Source of the DNA: Phycisphaerae bacterium
Lineage (GTDB): Bacteria > Planctomycetota > Phycisphaerae > WQYP01
NCBI GenBank assembly: GCA_049965775.1
Contig: JBMFVX010000002.1
Location: 1 to 53,824, forward strand
Direction: 5' to 3'
Length of the DNA stretch: 53,824 nucleotides
Below, in pieces: positions 1 through 9,165 of this stretch; the first letter of the stretch is position 1; the number at the start of each line of letters is the position of its first letter. The notes below the pieces were generated by a model, which was not told the origin of the DNA, did no database searches, and saw only the letters and a list, made by a program, of their open reading frames with translations. The position numbers were made by a program, and so were the translations under genes.

Positions 1-31
1 AAAAACGCAACCGTCCGAACCCGACAGTACC

Positions 32-562
32 TTAGGCGTCGGTACTGATTGTCCAATTCCGGCTGAACCAAGACAATGGCATGCCATAGCACTGCTGAAG
101 CGAAGGCGTATCTGGCATGGAAGCGGATGATCCATCGGTGTAAAACGTGCGGTGTCCACGAAACCGTGTGGCATCCTCACCGTCCGTACACCTGTGCCAA
201 ATGGCCTCTATAAGCTTGGCCAATAATGCCAGCGGCAGTTTCTTCTTGGCCTCGCAGAACGCAGCCGAGGTGAATTTCAGCCTGCTGGCCCGCGGAAGAT
301 GGCTGTAGGCCGTGTTGCAATGGAGAATCTGCAGGACAAGCAATCGCACCATGACTACCGGCGTGAGCGTACGCTTTCGCCACTGCATGCCGATGCTCCT
401 GGCCAAGCCCTCAACAAACTCATACGAAAGCACATCCGACAAACGCTGGTTAACGCGTTGAAGCGAGGCGAACATTTCAATCATCCATGACCTGCCGTAA
501 AGGGTTGTCTCTGGAAACATATCCCACCACGGTATTATACTATCATCGTGATACTTACACAA
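32..562 (-). mobile_element. IS4-family-like DDE transposase, N-terminal fragment (176 aa, truncated or frameshifted)
   Basis: The translation has blocks typical of IS4-family transposase N-termini (RKRTLTPVVMVRLLVLQILHCNTAYSHL; RGHRTFYTDGSSASMPDTP, the block carrying the first catalytic Asp). The ORF stops at 32 right after that block, so most of the DDE domain is missing or lies out of frame or beyond the window edge. Confidence 0.6.
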
Positions 563-620
563 CTACATGTAAGTGCTTATGGCAAAAGAACTTACGGCAC
601 TAAGTTAATGGCATTCGTGA

Positions 621-1001
621 CAGGGTCCTATTAAAACCGCTAACGACCTGCAACATGTCCGCGTTGGCACGATCGCCGGGTCTACCAGCCAGGTATACTT
701 GACCAACCGGGGTATCAGGCCCAAGTTGTTTGTTGGTGTGCAAGCCGCGTTGGCCGCGCTTAAAAGCGGCAAACTCGATGCGGTCGTTTATGATGAGCCT
801 TTGCTCAATTACGCCATACGCAGACACTTTGCGGGGCAAGAACGCGTACTGCCCCTGTTGCTGCAACGGCAGTTTTATGCAGTGGCCATTCCTCTGGGAA
901 GCCCATTTCGCACAAAAATCAATATGGCTCTTTTGGAGTTTACCCAGTCGCAACGATGGGCAGGGCTGGTACGGCGGTACTTGGGGCCTGGCGGCGGATA
1001 A
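621..1001 (+). pseudogene. 3' remnant of a family-3 periplasmic solute-binding protein (PBP2/SBP_bac_3-like) gene
   Basis: The frame is open from 621 (TGA at 618-620) with no plausible start. The translation QGPIKTANDLQHVRVGTIAGSTSQVYLTNRGIRPKLFVGVQAALAALKSGKLDAVVYDEPLLNYAIR... matches only the C-terminal lobe of such binding proteins. The N-terminal lobe and signal peptide are absent, and the break abuts the IS fragment. Confidence 0.55.
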
Positions 1002-1010
1002 ATACCGCGA

Positions 1011-1430
1011 CTACTCACCGATTATTTTTATAAGCACGCGTTTGCGTCGTCGGCCGTCAAACTCGCCGTAAAAAACCTGCTCCCATGGCCCAAAATCCAG
1101 CCGCCCCTGCGTAATGGCCACCACCACCTCACGTCCCATGATTTGCCGCTTCAGGTGGGCATCCGCATTGTCTTCACCCGTGTTGTTATGCTCATACTGG
1201 CTTATCGGCGCATGCGGCGCAAGCCGCTCGAGCCAGCGTTTGTAGTCTTCGTGCAGGCCAGGCTCATTGTCGTTGATAAAAACACTTGCCGAAATATGCA
1301 TTGCGTTGCACAGCAGCAATCCCTCTTGCACCCCACTCCGTTGCACCGCGGCCTCAACCTGCGACGTAATATTGATAAAACCCACCCGTGCTGGATGATT
1401 AAACCATAAATACTCCGTAAGGCTCTTCAC
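1011..1430 (-). CDS. yjbQ: YjbQ/UPF0047 family protein (secondary thiamine-phosphate synthase-like)
   Basis: 139 aa, collinear with E. coli YjbQ by eye ([18 protein letters not shown]..., [15 protein letters not shown]-terminal [11 protein letters not shown]). Confidence 0.85.
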   Translation of the reverse strand: MKSLTEYLWFNHPARVGFINITSQVEAAVQRSGVQEGLLLCNAMHISASVFINDNEPGLHEDYKRWLERLAPHAPISQYEHNNTGEDNADAHLKRQIMGREVVVAITQGRLDFGPWEQVFYGEFDGRRRKRVLIKIIGE

Positions 1431-1496
1431 ACATTCTCCTGAATAAGCACCCGTGACGCTCTGTTAACACGTCGCAAAACCATCAAGAGCGTTATG

Positions 1497-2903
1497 TCAG
1501 ATGGACCGCCCGCCGGCTGCCGGTTGCCGCAGTTGCGACGCCAGACGCTGCACCACGGCCGCCACCGACTCGCGATGATCGCCATCAGCGGCTTTCCACG
1601 CGATAAGGCTACCGGAAGCTATCTGCGCATCCACCCGGTTACACGCCGCGATTACAGTTGAGTGATTCCGATGCCCAGTGGCGCGGCCTATTTCTGGAAA
1701 GCTCATACCGGCATGACGGCGCATAAGATGCATCGCAATGCTGCGGGCGCCGGCCGCCAGACGCTCACGCGACTGCCCCAACAATGCGGCTTTTGCAATG
1801 CCAAACATACCCGCAACTTCATCCAAAATCCGATCCGGGGCAACGGGCAACAACACTTGCGTGCGGCGGCGAATTTCCTCCGAAACTTCAGCGCCTGATA
1901 GCGCCGAGCCGCAACGTAACTGCCCCCCAGCCATTACCTGCAACAGCAACCCTTCCAATTCGCGCACGCTGGCGGCATCACTGTTGGCAATGCGCATCAG
2001 CACCGCTTCGCCCGGTTGCCAACCCATGCGCAACGCCCGTCGCCGTAATATTTCCAGACGAGTGGGTACGTCAGGCGGATCTATCCGCGCCACCATACCG
2101 CTGACAAAACGGCTCGCCAGCGACTCCGCCAGGGTCATAATCTCGCGGGGCGCGCAATCAGACGCTAAAACAATTTGCCGCCCCTGTGAATCAACCTGGT
2201 TAAAAGTATGTAGAAACTCTTCCTGAGTTGCCTTTTTGCCACCGAAGAAATGCACATCGTCAATCACCAGCAGATCTACGCGGCGTAACTTGCGGCGAAA
2301 GTCGTCCATCTTGCCGCCGCGCAGCGCCTCAAGAAACTCATTGGTGAACTGCTCGCCGGTAAGATAGCGCCACTTTCCATGCGGATTCATCTGACTGAAA
2401 CGGCGACAGATTCCCTGCAGCAGATGCGTTTTGCCCAAGCCGCACATACCATGAATGAACAGTGGGTTGTAATGGGCGCCGGGATTCTCAGCCACCCGAA
2501 TGGCCGCCTGATACGCCAACTGATTTCCGGCGCCGACAATAAAGTCCTCTAACGCATATTTTGCATTAAGTTGCGCGGCCGGAGCAGACACGACCCGTGG
2601 AGGCGTTCGGGGCGATGCGATTTGCTGTGTTGGCCGCACGCAGGGATCGTGGCCGTTCGGGTTCGCAATATTTTGGCCGGCTCCGCCCCGCGAACACTCA
2701 ACCACAACCGCCGCTTGCTCGCCCAGCACTTCGCGGGCAACCTGCAACAGAATAGGCAAAAATTTATTGCGTATCCAAGCCGCGGAAAAATCGTTGGCGG
2801 CGTTAAGCCGGAGTGTGCTGCCAGCCAAGGCCCAGCTCACCTTGCGGTCAAACCATTGCTCAAAGCGGCCGTCTCCAATGCGTCCTCGAAGTAATGTTTC
2901 CAT
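1497..2903 (-). CDS. dnaA: Chromosomal replication initiator protein DnaA
   Basis: Walker A GMCGLGKTHLL, Walker B LLVIDDVHFF, and a C-terminal DNA-binding domain with HSTVIAACNRV. The ORF stays open to 3047. I prefer ATG 2903 (METLLRGRIGDGRFEQWF matches the domain I pattern, GAGG upstream). ATG 2975 or 3047 remain possible. Confidence 0.9.
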   Translation of the reverse strand: METLLRGRIGDGRFEQWFDRKVSWALAGSTLRLNAANDFSAAWIRNKFLPILLQVAREVLGEQAAVVVECSRGGAGQNIANPNGHDPCVRPTQQIASPRTPPRVVSAPAAQLNAKYALEDFIVGAGNQLAYQAAIRVAENPGAHYNPLFIHGMCGLGKTHLLQGICRRFSQMNPHGKWRYLTGEQFTNEFLEALRGGKMDDFRRKLRRVDLLVIDDVHFFGGKKATQEEFLHTFNQVDSQGRQIVLASDCAPREIMTLAESLASRFVSGMVARIDPPDVPTRLEILRRRALRMGWQPGEAVLMRIANSDAASVRELEGLLLQVMAGGQLRCGSALSGAEVSEEIRRRTQVLLPVAPDRILDEVAGMFGIAKAALLGQSRERLAAGARSIAMHLMRRHAGMSFPEIGRATGHRNHSTVIAACNRVDAQIASGSLIAWKAADGDHRESVAAVVQRLASQLRQPAAGGRSI

Positions 2904-3322
2904 TCTGACGGCTACCTCGCTGATTGACGGGGCTTCGACCGTATGCGGCGCGCCAATGACGGCTGGTTCTTCCATGACCAATGCAAGAGCGGACACTGGC
3001 GACTCCTTTCCCAACGAGGCATGTTGTGGTGACCCGCAGGCCAACAACGTTTACAACACAGCCATCCCTGGCATGAAATGGAGCGGCCCGATCCGTGGCC
3101 AATCCGCGCGAAAGGCTAAACTATCCCGTAGCATGAGCCAGCACTGCCCAATACATGCGACAGCCAAGCAAGTCGCAAGAGCAGCATGTCCCACACGCGA
3201 GAGCACTTTTAACACCGCTTGCACCGCGACACAACGCCCCCAGGTACGGAATTTTTTGCACGTCACATAAGCCTAGGTGGATGCAATAACTTACGAACAA
3301 ACTTTTTTTTTAATTCACTGCT

Positions 3323-3365
3323 TGTGCACAATCAGAAAGGTCACTGTGCATAAAATTGTGCATAA
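3323..3365. promoter_or_regulatory. Cluster of three co-oriented DnaA boxes (candidate oriC core or dnaA autoregulatory operator)
   Basis: TGTGCACAA at 3323-3331 (8/9 match), TGTGCATAA at 3345-3353 and 3357-3365 (9/9 to TGTGNATAA, the complement of TTATNCACA). They are flanked by a T9 run (3303-3311) and the AT-rich tract 3401-3428, and lie upstream of dnaA. Confidence 0.5.
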
Positions 3366-3416
3366 CTATTTTTCCCAAGTGGGCGCCGTCGAGTTAAGCC
3401 TTTATTTTTAAATGTT

Positions 3417-4424
3417 TTACATGATATGAGCAGGTTCAATTACCTGGCTTGTGCGTGCCAACGGCCTGAAAAATACCTGTCTTTCGCCGACATTTTCAAA
3501 ACCGGCGGACTCATAGAGCCGCACCGCCGGCCGATTCGCTTCATCAACAGCGAGCGACAGGTGATTAAAACCGCTCCGGGCGTGCTCGGCAACCGCCCGA
3601 TTAAGCAGCAGTCGGCCACACCCGTGGCCGCGCTGGTCGGGGGTTACGCCAAGGTAAACAATCTCCAAAGCAGACCGCTCCGGCACGCGCGCCATCAACA
3701 ATGCGCCAACCGCAGAGCCGTTGTGCCGCAGCACCAGCCATAAGCTGGGATCAAAATGACCCACCGCCTGATGCCCCGCCAGCACATCCGTAATATGGCG
3801 CACACCCGCAAGCTTTGGACAATCCGCTGTATCAATATATGTTTTTGTGATTACATCTTCAAAGAGGGACTTCCTCTCAGGCGTCCACGTCAGCCAGTCA
3901 AAGCCGACCGGCAAAGCGCCCGAGGCCCCCCGCCGCGACCAGCCAAACCGATGCCTGCTTCGCTCCAAATAAGCCAAGCGTGCCAAAAAGTCGTACCCTG
4001 CCAGCTTGAGGGTATTCGGTGCGACAACATCGCTCGCGGCAAGCATGACCTGGGCCATTGAAGCCCCCGCCTGCTTCGCATCCTCGGAGGCTATTTTCAG
4101 CGCCTCACCCGCCGGCCGGGCCGCTTCCGGAAACTCCATGAGGTCGGGTAGGTACATGGCGCCGGTTCGGCCTTTGGACAAAACCCACAGGCAGCTTGCC
4201 AGCATCGTGCCATCCTGAAAAGCCAAAACCTGACGCATTAGGTCTACCTGTGCGTGTTGACAGTACTCCAAAAAGCCCTGCATCCGCGCTGCCGCCGCAT
4301 CTGCCGACAATTGCCCCGGACGTTCCGGCCCGGCCATCAGGCAGGCGATACCACGCTGGGCCATCCCCATTGATGATGGACGCACCAAATCAAAGGCAAT
4401 TGCGTCGTGTACCATGGCCGCCAA
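3417..4424 (-). CDS. Two-domain GNAT family N-acetyltransferase
   Basis: 335 aa. The C-terminal half has acetyl-CoA motif A (VTPDQRGHGCGRLLLNRAV) and ...AVRLYESAGFE. The N-terminal half is a degenerate GNAT-like fold, an architecture seen in mycothiol-synthase-like enzymes. Confidence 0.75.
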   Translation of the reverse strand: MAAMVHDAIAFDLVRPSSMGMAQRGIACLMAGPERPGQLSADAAAARMQGFLEYCQHAQVDLMRQVLAFQDGTMLASCLWVLSKGRTGAMYLPDLMEFPEAARPAGEALKIASEDAKQAGASMAQVMLAASDVVAPNTLKLAGYDFLARLAYLERSRHRFGWSRRGASGALPVGFDWLTWTPERKSLFEDVITKTYIDTADCPKLAGVRHITDVLAGHQAVGHFDPSLWLVLRHNGSAVGALLMARVPERSALEIVYLGVTPDQRGHGCGRLLLNRAVAEHARSGFNHLSLAVDEANRPAVRLYESAGFENVGERQVFFRPLARTSQVIEPAHIM

Positions 4425-4630
4425 CTCCTATTTTACACCAGCAATATTAACGCCGATTACATGGCTAAGCTAACCGTACCTGTATTAAAATCTAAAATAA
4501 ACGCCCGCGTTCCTGCTTGTTGGCATTTGCCGAGTTTGCTGGTGGAAGCGTCATCCGCGGGTTAACCGAAACCATGCCTCCGGGCGGGGTTCTTTTTTCC
4601 TTGCCCAACCGGCTCCGAAGAGTTAGCCTA

Positions 4631-4657
4631 TTGCATGGGTAGCGGGCGGGGTATAAT
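4631..4657 (+). promoter_or_regulatory. Sigma-70-like promoter candidate (TTGCAT-N15-TATAAT)
   Basis: Perfect -10 TATAAT (4652-4657) and -35-like TTGCAT (4631-4636), about 48 nt upstream of the ATG at 4705. The spacer is only 15 nt, which lowers confidence. Confidence 0.3.
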
Positions 4658-4704
4658 TGCCCCACAGCCGCAATGGATTGGCCATGGATGCAGGAGATTG
4701 CCGT

Positions 4705-5373
4705 ATGCACAGCACAACCCGACACTTCTCGACCGCACGTTTGGTGGCAACCACCGTTGCCGCTGCGCTGCTTATCGCAGGCATGATTGTCGGCACGTCA
4801 GCCGCCCGAGCCCGAAAATCATTGGCTCCTGAGCCCTCGCTTGCCTCTAAAAGCTGGCAGCTGAGCTTTGGCCATGGGGTGCCGATGCGCATGACCGTGG
4901 TCTGCAAAGAAAATGGGCAGCCCAAATTGAAGACCTATTGGATCTTTACTTACAGCGTTGCCAATAATACGGGCAAAGATATCTATTTTAACCCGAGGTT
5001 TGATCTCGTCACCGATACCGGTCGCATTATCCCAGCCACTGTCACCACAACACCAGCCATGCTCGCTAAAATCCGGAGTTTCACTGGAAATCCTTTCATC
5101 ATTAACCCCATGCTCATCACCGGCCGGCTGCTTCAAGGTGCCGATAACGCCAAAGATGGCGTAGCGGTATTTGCCGGTCTTAATAGCAAGGACCGCGGCT
5201 TTAGAATTTACGTTTCAGGGTTAAGCGGCGAAACCGCCGTGCAGAATGACCCGCTTACTGGAGACCATGTTATCCTCCATAAAACGTTGGAATTACACTA
5301 TTCAACACCCGGCGAAGCTATCAATGCCAAGCCGACCATTATTCTGCTCGGCACGCGGTGGGTGATGCGGTAA
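4705..5373 (+). CDS. Hypothetical secreted protein (signal peptide, no recognised domain)
   Basis: AGGAG sits 8 nt upstream of ATG 4705. The N-terminus MHSTTRHFSTARLVATTVAAALLIAGMIVGTSAARA looks like a Sec signal with an AXA site. The remainder looks beta-rich (YWIFTYSVANNTGKDIYFNPRFDLVTDTG) and I cannot assign a family. Confidence 0.6.
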   Translation: MHSTTRHFSTARLVATTVAAALLIAGMIVGTSAARARKSLAPEPSLASKSWQLSFGHGVPMRMTVVCKENGQPKLKTYWIFTYSVANNTGKDIYFNPRFDLVTDTGRIIPATVTTTPAMLAKIRSFTGNPFIINPMLITGRLLQGADNAKDGVAVFAGLNSKDRGFRIYVSGLSGETAVQNDPLTGDHVILHKTLELHYSTPGEAINAKPTIILLGTRWVMR

Positions 5374-5415
5374 CACGCCCCATGAATATATTTGAGATGT
5401 GAAGGAGTGCAAACC

Positions 5416-5589
5416 ATGCCATACATTTTGGGAATCCTCGTGTTGGCTCTGGATATCTGGATGATTCTGGATATCGTTAAAAAGCCTTTCGAAACGCTTG
5501 AAAAGGTTATCTGGATTCTTGTGATCTTAGTGTTTCCCGTCCTTGGCGCCGCAATATACTTTTTCCTGAAGTATAAATCAAACCAGTGA
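5416..5589 (+). CDS. Small membrane protein, PLD nuclease N-terminal (PLDc_N)-like
   Basis: GAAGGAG sits 8 nt upstream of ATG 5416. The product is 57 aa with two TM helices (MPYILGILVLALDIWMILDIV...VIWILVILVFPVLGAAIYFF), the pattern typical of PLDc_N small proteins. Confidence 0.6.
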   Translation: MPYILGILVLALDIWMILDIVKKPFETLEKVIWILVILVFPVLGAAIYFFLKYKSNQ

Positions 5590-5706
5590 ATTGCGACGTA
5601 TAAACAGGCCGGTCATGGTTGGCTGACACAAGCTATAGCTGCGATTTTTGCACAAGCCTGAAACGATCCTTGAGAATCTTGTAGGGTTGTATTTTTTGGT
5701 GGCGTC

Positions 5707-6261
5707 ATGGGCAAGTCGCTTCAAGGACAACTGCTGGTGGCAAGCCCGCGATTAACCGACCCAAACTTTTATCATTCGATCGTATTGATTTTACAACACG
5801 ATGAAGATGGCGCTTTGGGCTTAGTCCTAAACCGACCTCTTAAAGCCACGATGGCTCAAATTTGGAAGCAGGTCGGCGAAGCACCGCATCTCAAAGATGT
5901 GCCTCTTTATTGTGGCGGCCCGTGTGAAGGCGCATTGATCGTACTGCATCAACGTCCGGATGCGTCGCAGGGAAAAGTGCTTTCCCAAGTTTACTTCAGC
6001 ACAACCGCCGAGAGCGTTTATAAGCTTGTTGAAGAGCAGACCGCCCCTTTGTTATTTTTTGCAGGAAGCAGCGGATGGTCTCCCGGGCAGCTTGAGGCTG
6101 AACTCAGTGCCGCCGCCTGGCTCACCCTGCCGGCAACGCCTGATACTATTTTCAGGCCGGCAGCCGACCCTTGGTTGGCGCTGCACCGCCTGATTGCACA
6201 GAAACTCATTGCCCCGCAACTGAAACCTTGGGCCATTCCAGACGACCCTCGTTGGAATTAG
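5707..6261 (+). CDS. yqgE: YqgE/AlgH family (UPF0301) protein
   Basis: The N-terminal signature GQLLVASPRLTDPNFYHSIVLILQHDEDGALGLVLNRP and the 184-aa length are typical of the family. Confidence 0.85.
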   Translation: MGKSLQGQLLVASPRLTDPNFYHSIVLILQHDEDGALGLVLNRPLKATMAQIWKQVGEAPHLKDVPLYCGGPCEGALIVLHQRPDASQGKVLSQVYFSTTAESVYKLVEEQTAPLLFFAGSSGWSPGQLEAELSAAAWLTLPATPDTIFRPAADPWLALHRLIAQKLIAPQLKPWAIPDDPRWN

Positions 6262-6381
6262 CTACCACATTTAGACTCGTCTGTAGGCTCATCAGTCGCT
6301 CCCAAGCGTTTCCGACGACAACAAGGCTCCGTAAGCAGCTATAACTCCTGCTCGTACGGCCTTACTGTCTTGCACCAACTG

Positions 6382-7890
6382 CTATTGACCTTTTTTGCGG
6401 CCCTGCATTTCGGCTTCGCGCCGAATTCCGCCAAGCATTCGACGAAACACATAACCGTGTAGCGGCAGCACCGCATACCAATACAGCAGGCCAAACAGAC
6501 CGCTGGGGCGAAAGCGAGCTGTTTGAACCAGAATACACTTGTTTGCTATGCCCAATGCCGGTTTTATTTCAAACTCCAACTGAGCGTCTCCCGGAAGTTT
6601 CATTTCCGCGCGAAGGCGCAATCTCTCATTCTCACGTATTTCAGTCACACGCCAGAAATCCAGCGCGTCGCCAAAGCTAAGCTGGCTTGAACTGCGTCGC
6701 TTGCGTCGCAATCCTGGCCCACCCACCAAACGGTCCATCCATCCCCGAATGTGCCATAACCAGTCTGCAGCATAGTAACCATGCCCACCACCCACCCTAC
6801 AAGCCGCCTGAAACGTAGCCGCTGCCGTGGCCGATACCTCTACTGTGCGCACATCCTTAAATACGTGACCACCGGCCCAGTCTGGATCTCCGGGGATAAC
6901 GCCCGCATCGCTCCAGGATGTTTCAACATCATCGCTGTCAACCTTGCCCGCAGCCAAGGCGATTGCCTCGGCCGGAGTCAACGGCGGCCCCGGCATGAGT
7001 TCTGTGGACCTTGAATCTCGGCATACTACGCGATTCTTCAGACCATCAGCCAGTGGCCGAGCCACTCGATAGCTCAGCGGTGTCACCAGATGGATCCAAA
7101 GCGAGCTTAAGCGCGGCGTAAGCAGCGGTACCGGCACAATGATTCGCCGTCGCAGTGATTGCGCTCTGGCCATCAAATTAATCAGTTGCTTATACGTAAC
7201 AATCTCCGGGCCGCCAATGTCGAAGGTTTTGCCAATGGTATCCGGCACGTTCAGACATTGCACCAGGTATCGCAAAACATCCCGGATGGCTATGGGTTGG
7301 CATTGGGTTTTTACCCAGCGCGGTGTGATCATCACGGGCAAACGTTCGGTCAAATAGCGCAATATTTCGTACGACGCCGACCCGGACCCTATGATCATCG
7401 CCGCTCGCAGCACCGTCACCGGAACACCGCCGGCCGCGAGGCATTCCTCAACTTCGCGCCGCGAAGCCAGATGTTCGCTTAAAGCGTCGCCGGTCTCGCC
7501 CAGTCCGCCCAGATATATAATTCGACCTACGCCGGCCTGCGCGCAAGCACGTGAAAAAGCAGTTGCTATTTCACGATCTCGCCGGGCGTAGTCAGCCCCG
7601 GCCGCCTCCATTGAATGCACAAGATAGTATGCCGCCTCGCAACCGGCCAATTTGGGCACAATCGTATCGACGTCTGAAATATCCGCTTCGACAATTTCAA
7701 CAAGCGGGCTTTGGGCCCAGTGCCGGCTTTGTAATTTGCGCGAGCTACGACTGATGCAACATATCCGGAAGCCTGCGGCCAGCAGGCGAGCGCCCAAACG
7801 GCCGCCGACATAACCCGTGGCACCGGTCAAACATACCCGCCGCGCTGCATTGTGGGCAACTGAATCGGTTGCAGTGAACCCAACGCCCAT
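6382..7890 (-). CDS. NAD(P)-binding SDR/NmrA-like protein fused to a DUF2867-like C-terminal domain
   Basis: Rossmann motif LTGATGYVGGRL near the N-terminus. The C-terminal ~170 aa (FWRVTEIRENERLRLRAEMKLPGDAQLEFEI...) resembles DUF2867. The final segment is hydrophobic. Confidence 0.75.
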   Translation of the reverse strand: MGVGFTATDSVAHNAARRVCLTGATGYVGGRLGARLLAAGFRICCISRSSRKLQSRHWAQSPLVEIVEADISDVDTIVPKLAGCEAAYYLVHSMEAAGADYARRDREIATAFSRACAQAGVGRIIYLGGLGETGDALSEHLASRREVEECLAAGGVPVTVLRAAMIIGSGSASYEILRYLTERLPVMITPRWVKTQCQPIAIRDVLRYLVQCLNVPDTIGKTFDIGGPEIVTYKQLINLMARAQSLRRRIIVPVPLLTPRLSSLWIHLVTPLSYRVARPLADGLKNRVVCRDSRSTELMPGPPLTPAEAIALAAGKVDSDDVETSWSDAGVIPGDPDWAGGHVFKDVRTVEVSATAAATFQAACRVGGGHGYYAADWLWHIRGWMDRLVGGPGLRRKRRSSSQLSFGDALDFWRVTEIRENERLRLRAEMKLPGDAQLEFEIKPALGIANKCILVQTARFRPSGLFGLLYWYAVLPLHGYVFRRMLGGIRREAEMQGRKKGQ

Positions 7891-7952
7891 AGGCCCACCA
7901 TCTCCAAAAGACCGTATCGCCCCGAGATGGCGTCCCCCGCCAGCCCAAAAGG

Positions 7953-8216
7953 TTACTCCTCACCAAAGCGAGCCCGTACGAGTTGCTCCAGGGCGTCCAG
8001 GGCGCTAACGGCATCATCGCCATCAGCCTCAACTTTCAGGCCGGTCCCCTCCGTAGCGGCGAGCATCATCATGTGCATGATGCTTTTGCCGTCAACGCAT
8101 TGGTCGCCCTTCCATACGCGAATATTACTGCGAAAGCGATTGGCTACATCCACGAATTGCATGGCGGGACGGGCGTGCAATCCTAGCTTATTGCAAATTG
8201 TCATCTGACGATCCAT
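7953..8216 (-). CDS. ptsH: HPr-family phosphocarrier protein (HPr/NPr)
   Basis: 87 aa. Active-site His context NKLGLHARPA and the regulatory Ser context DGKSIM are both present. Confidence 0.85.
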   Translation of the reverse strand: MDRQMTICNKLGLHARPAMQFVDVANRFRSNIRVWKGDQCVDGKSIMHMMMLAATEGTGLKVEADGDDAVSALDALEQLVRARFGEE

Positions 8217-8339
8217 GGATTCGCCAAGAAAAAGATCAGTGCAGTTTCGGCCGCAAACAAGCGGACACCGGCACGTTCAGCCATGCCGCCGCCCCAATTG
8301 CCACGCACTTTACTGGCTGGGGCAATAACTTTAAACGCA

Positions 8340-8816
8340 TCAGTGCGCGACCCCAGCCTGGTCTGCTTCCTCGATCAGATCAACTATTTCACGCTGGCTT
8401 TGCGCCTGCCTTAAAAAGCGTCGAAAATTATCCTGTTGCAGGTGCCGGAAGATGCTCTCCATCGCCTGAAGGTGCCCATCCGGGCTATCTGGCGGCGATA
8501 GCAGCAGCACCACGCTGTATACGGGCGCCTGATCTAAAGCTGAAAAATCAATTCCCGCCGCGCTTCGACCGATCACACCAAGACGGCGTTTAATACAAGG
8601 ATGCTTCACATGCGGTACCGCCACGCCCTTACCAAAGCCGGTGCTGCCGTGCTTTTCACGATCAATAATGGCTTTGGCGAGTATGTCAACATCCGCTTGG
8701 CTTAGAGCCTTGGCCACAACCAGTGATTCCAGCAATTCACGAATCACCGCATCGCGCTGGGTAGCCTTAAGATTTGCGACAATCGCCTCTTTACAGATGA
8801 AATCCGAGAATTTCAT
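8340..8816 (-). CDS. ptsN: PTS EIIA-Ntr (nitrogen-regulatory IIA, PtsN)
   Basis: 158 aa. N-terminus MKFSDFICKEAIVANLKA..., phosphorylatable His context GKGVAVPHVKH. The gene sits between hpf and HPr, as in rpoN-linked clusters. Confidence 0.8.
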   Translation of the reverse strand: MKFSDFICKEAIVANLKATQRDAVIRELLESLVVAKALSQADVDILAKAIIDREKHGSTGFGKGVAVPHVKHPCIKRRLGVIGRSAAGIDFSALDQAPVYSVVLLLSPPDSPDGHLQAMESIFRHLQQDNFRRFLRQAQSQREIVDLIEEADQAGVAH

Positions 8817-8859
8817 AAAACCTCTCTGGCAAACATTTTAACCTCGGGGCGTACACCGA

Positions 8860-9165
8860 TCATCCGGGGTGCTTGCGGTTTCGGTGCTTATCTTTATGTT
8901 CTGTCAGTTGGCGCTCCAACTTATGCGCCGCCTGATCAATACACCCGTATAAATCATCTCCCTCCACCGTTGCGACAAACATGTTGCGATGCTCGGCATT
9001 TACAATCATCTCAACTTTCTTGCTGTTTCCCGAGCTGCCGTCCAGAATTACCTCGATCTCCTTGATCAGATCATAATATTTAAGCAGCTTGGTAGCTTTT
9101 TCGTCGGCATGCTGTTTAATGGCGGGCGTTACCGCCATATGGCGACCGGTTACCGTGATAATCAC
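8860..9165 (-). CDS. hpf: Ribosome hibernation promoting factor (HPF/RaiA, short form)
   Basis: 101 aa, MIITVTGRHMAVTPAIKQHADEKATKLLKYYD...GDDLYGCIDQAAHKLERQL. GTG start at 9165 with AGGAG 8 nt upstream. Confidence 0.85.
   Translation of the reverse strand: MIITVTGRHMAVTPAIKQHADEKATKLLKYYDLIKEIEVILDGSSGNSKKVEMIVNAEHRNMFVATVEGDDLYGCIDQAAHKLERQLTEHKDKHRNRKHPG

Noticed and set aside
2904-3270. A search for a hidden small gene (for example rpmH, which often lies beside dnaA) or an ncRNA in the GC-rich part of the dnaA upstream region.
   Set aside because: No frame encodes an L34-like KRT(F/Y)QP peptide. The available ORFs (2767-3270 plus strand, 3051-3266 minus strand) have no SD and implausible composition, and no conserved RNA motif was recognised.
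4551-4600. A G-rich segment followed by TTCTTTTTT in the GNAT/hypothetical divergent spacer, which looked like a terminator or the end of an sRNA.
   Set aside because: I could not build a stable stem. The best is a 4-bp CCGC/GCGG pairing with a 27-nt loop, and no upstream plus-strand gene or convincing promoter exists to be terminated.
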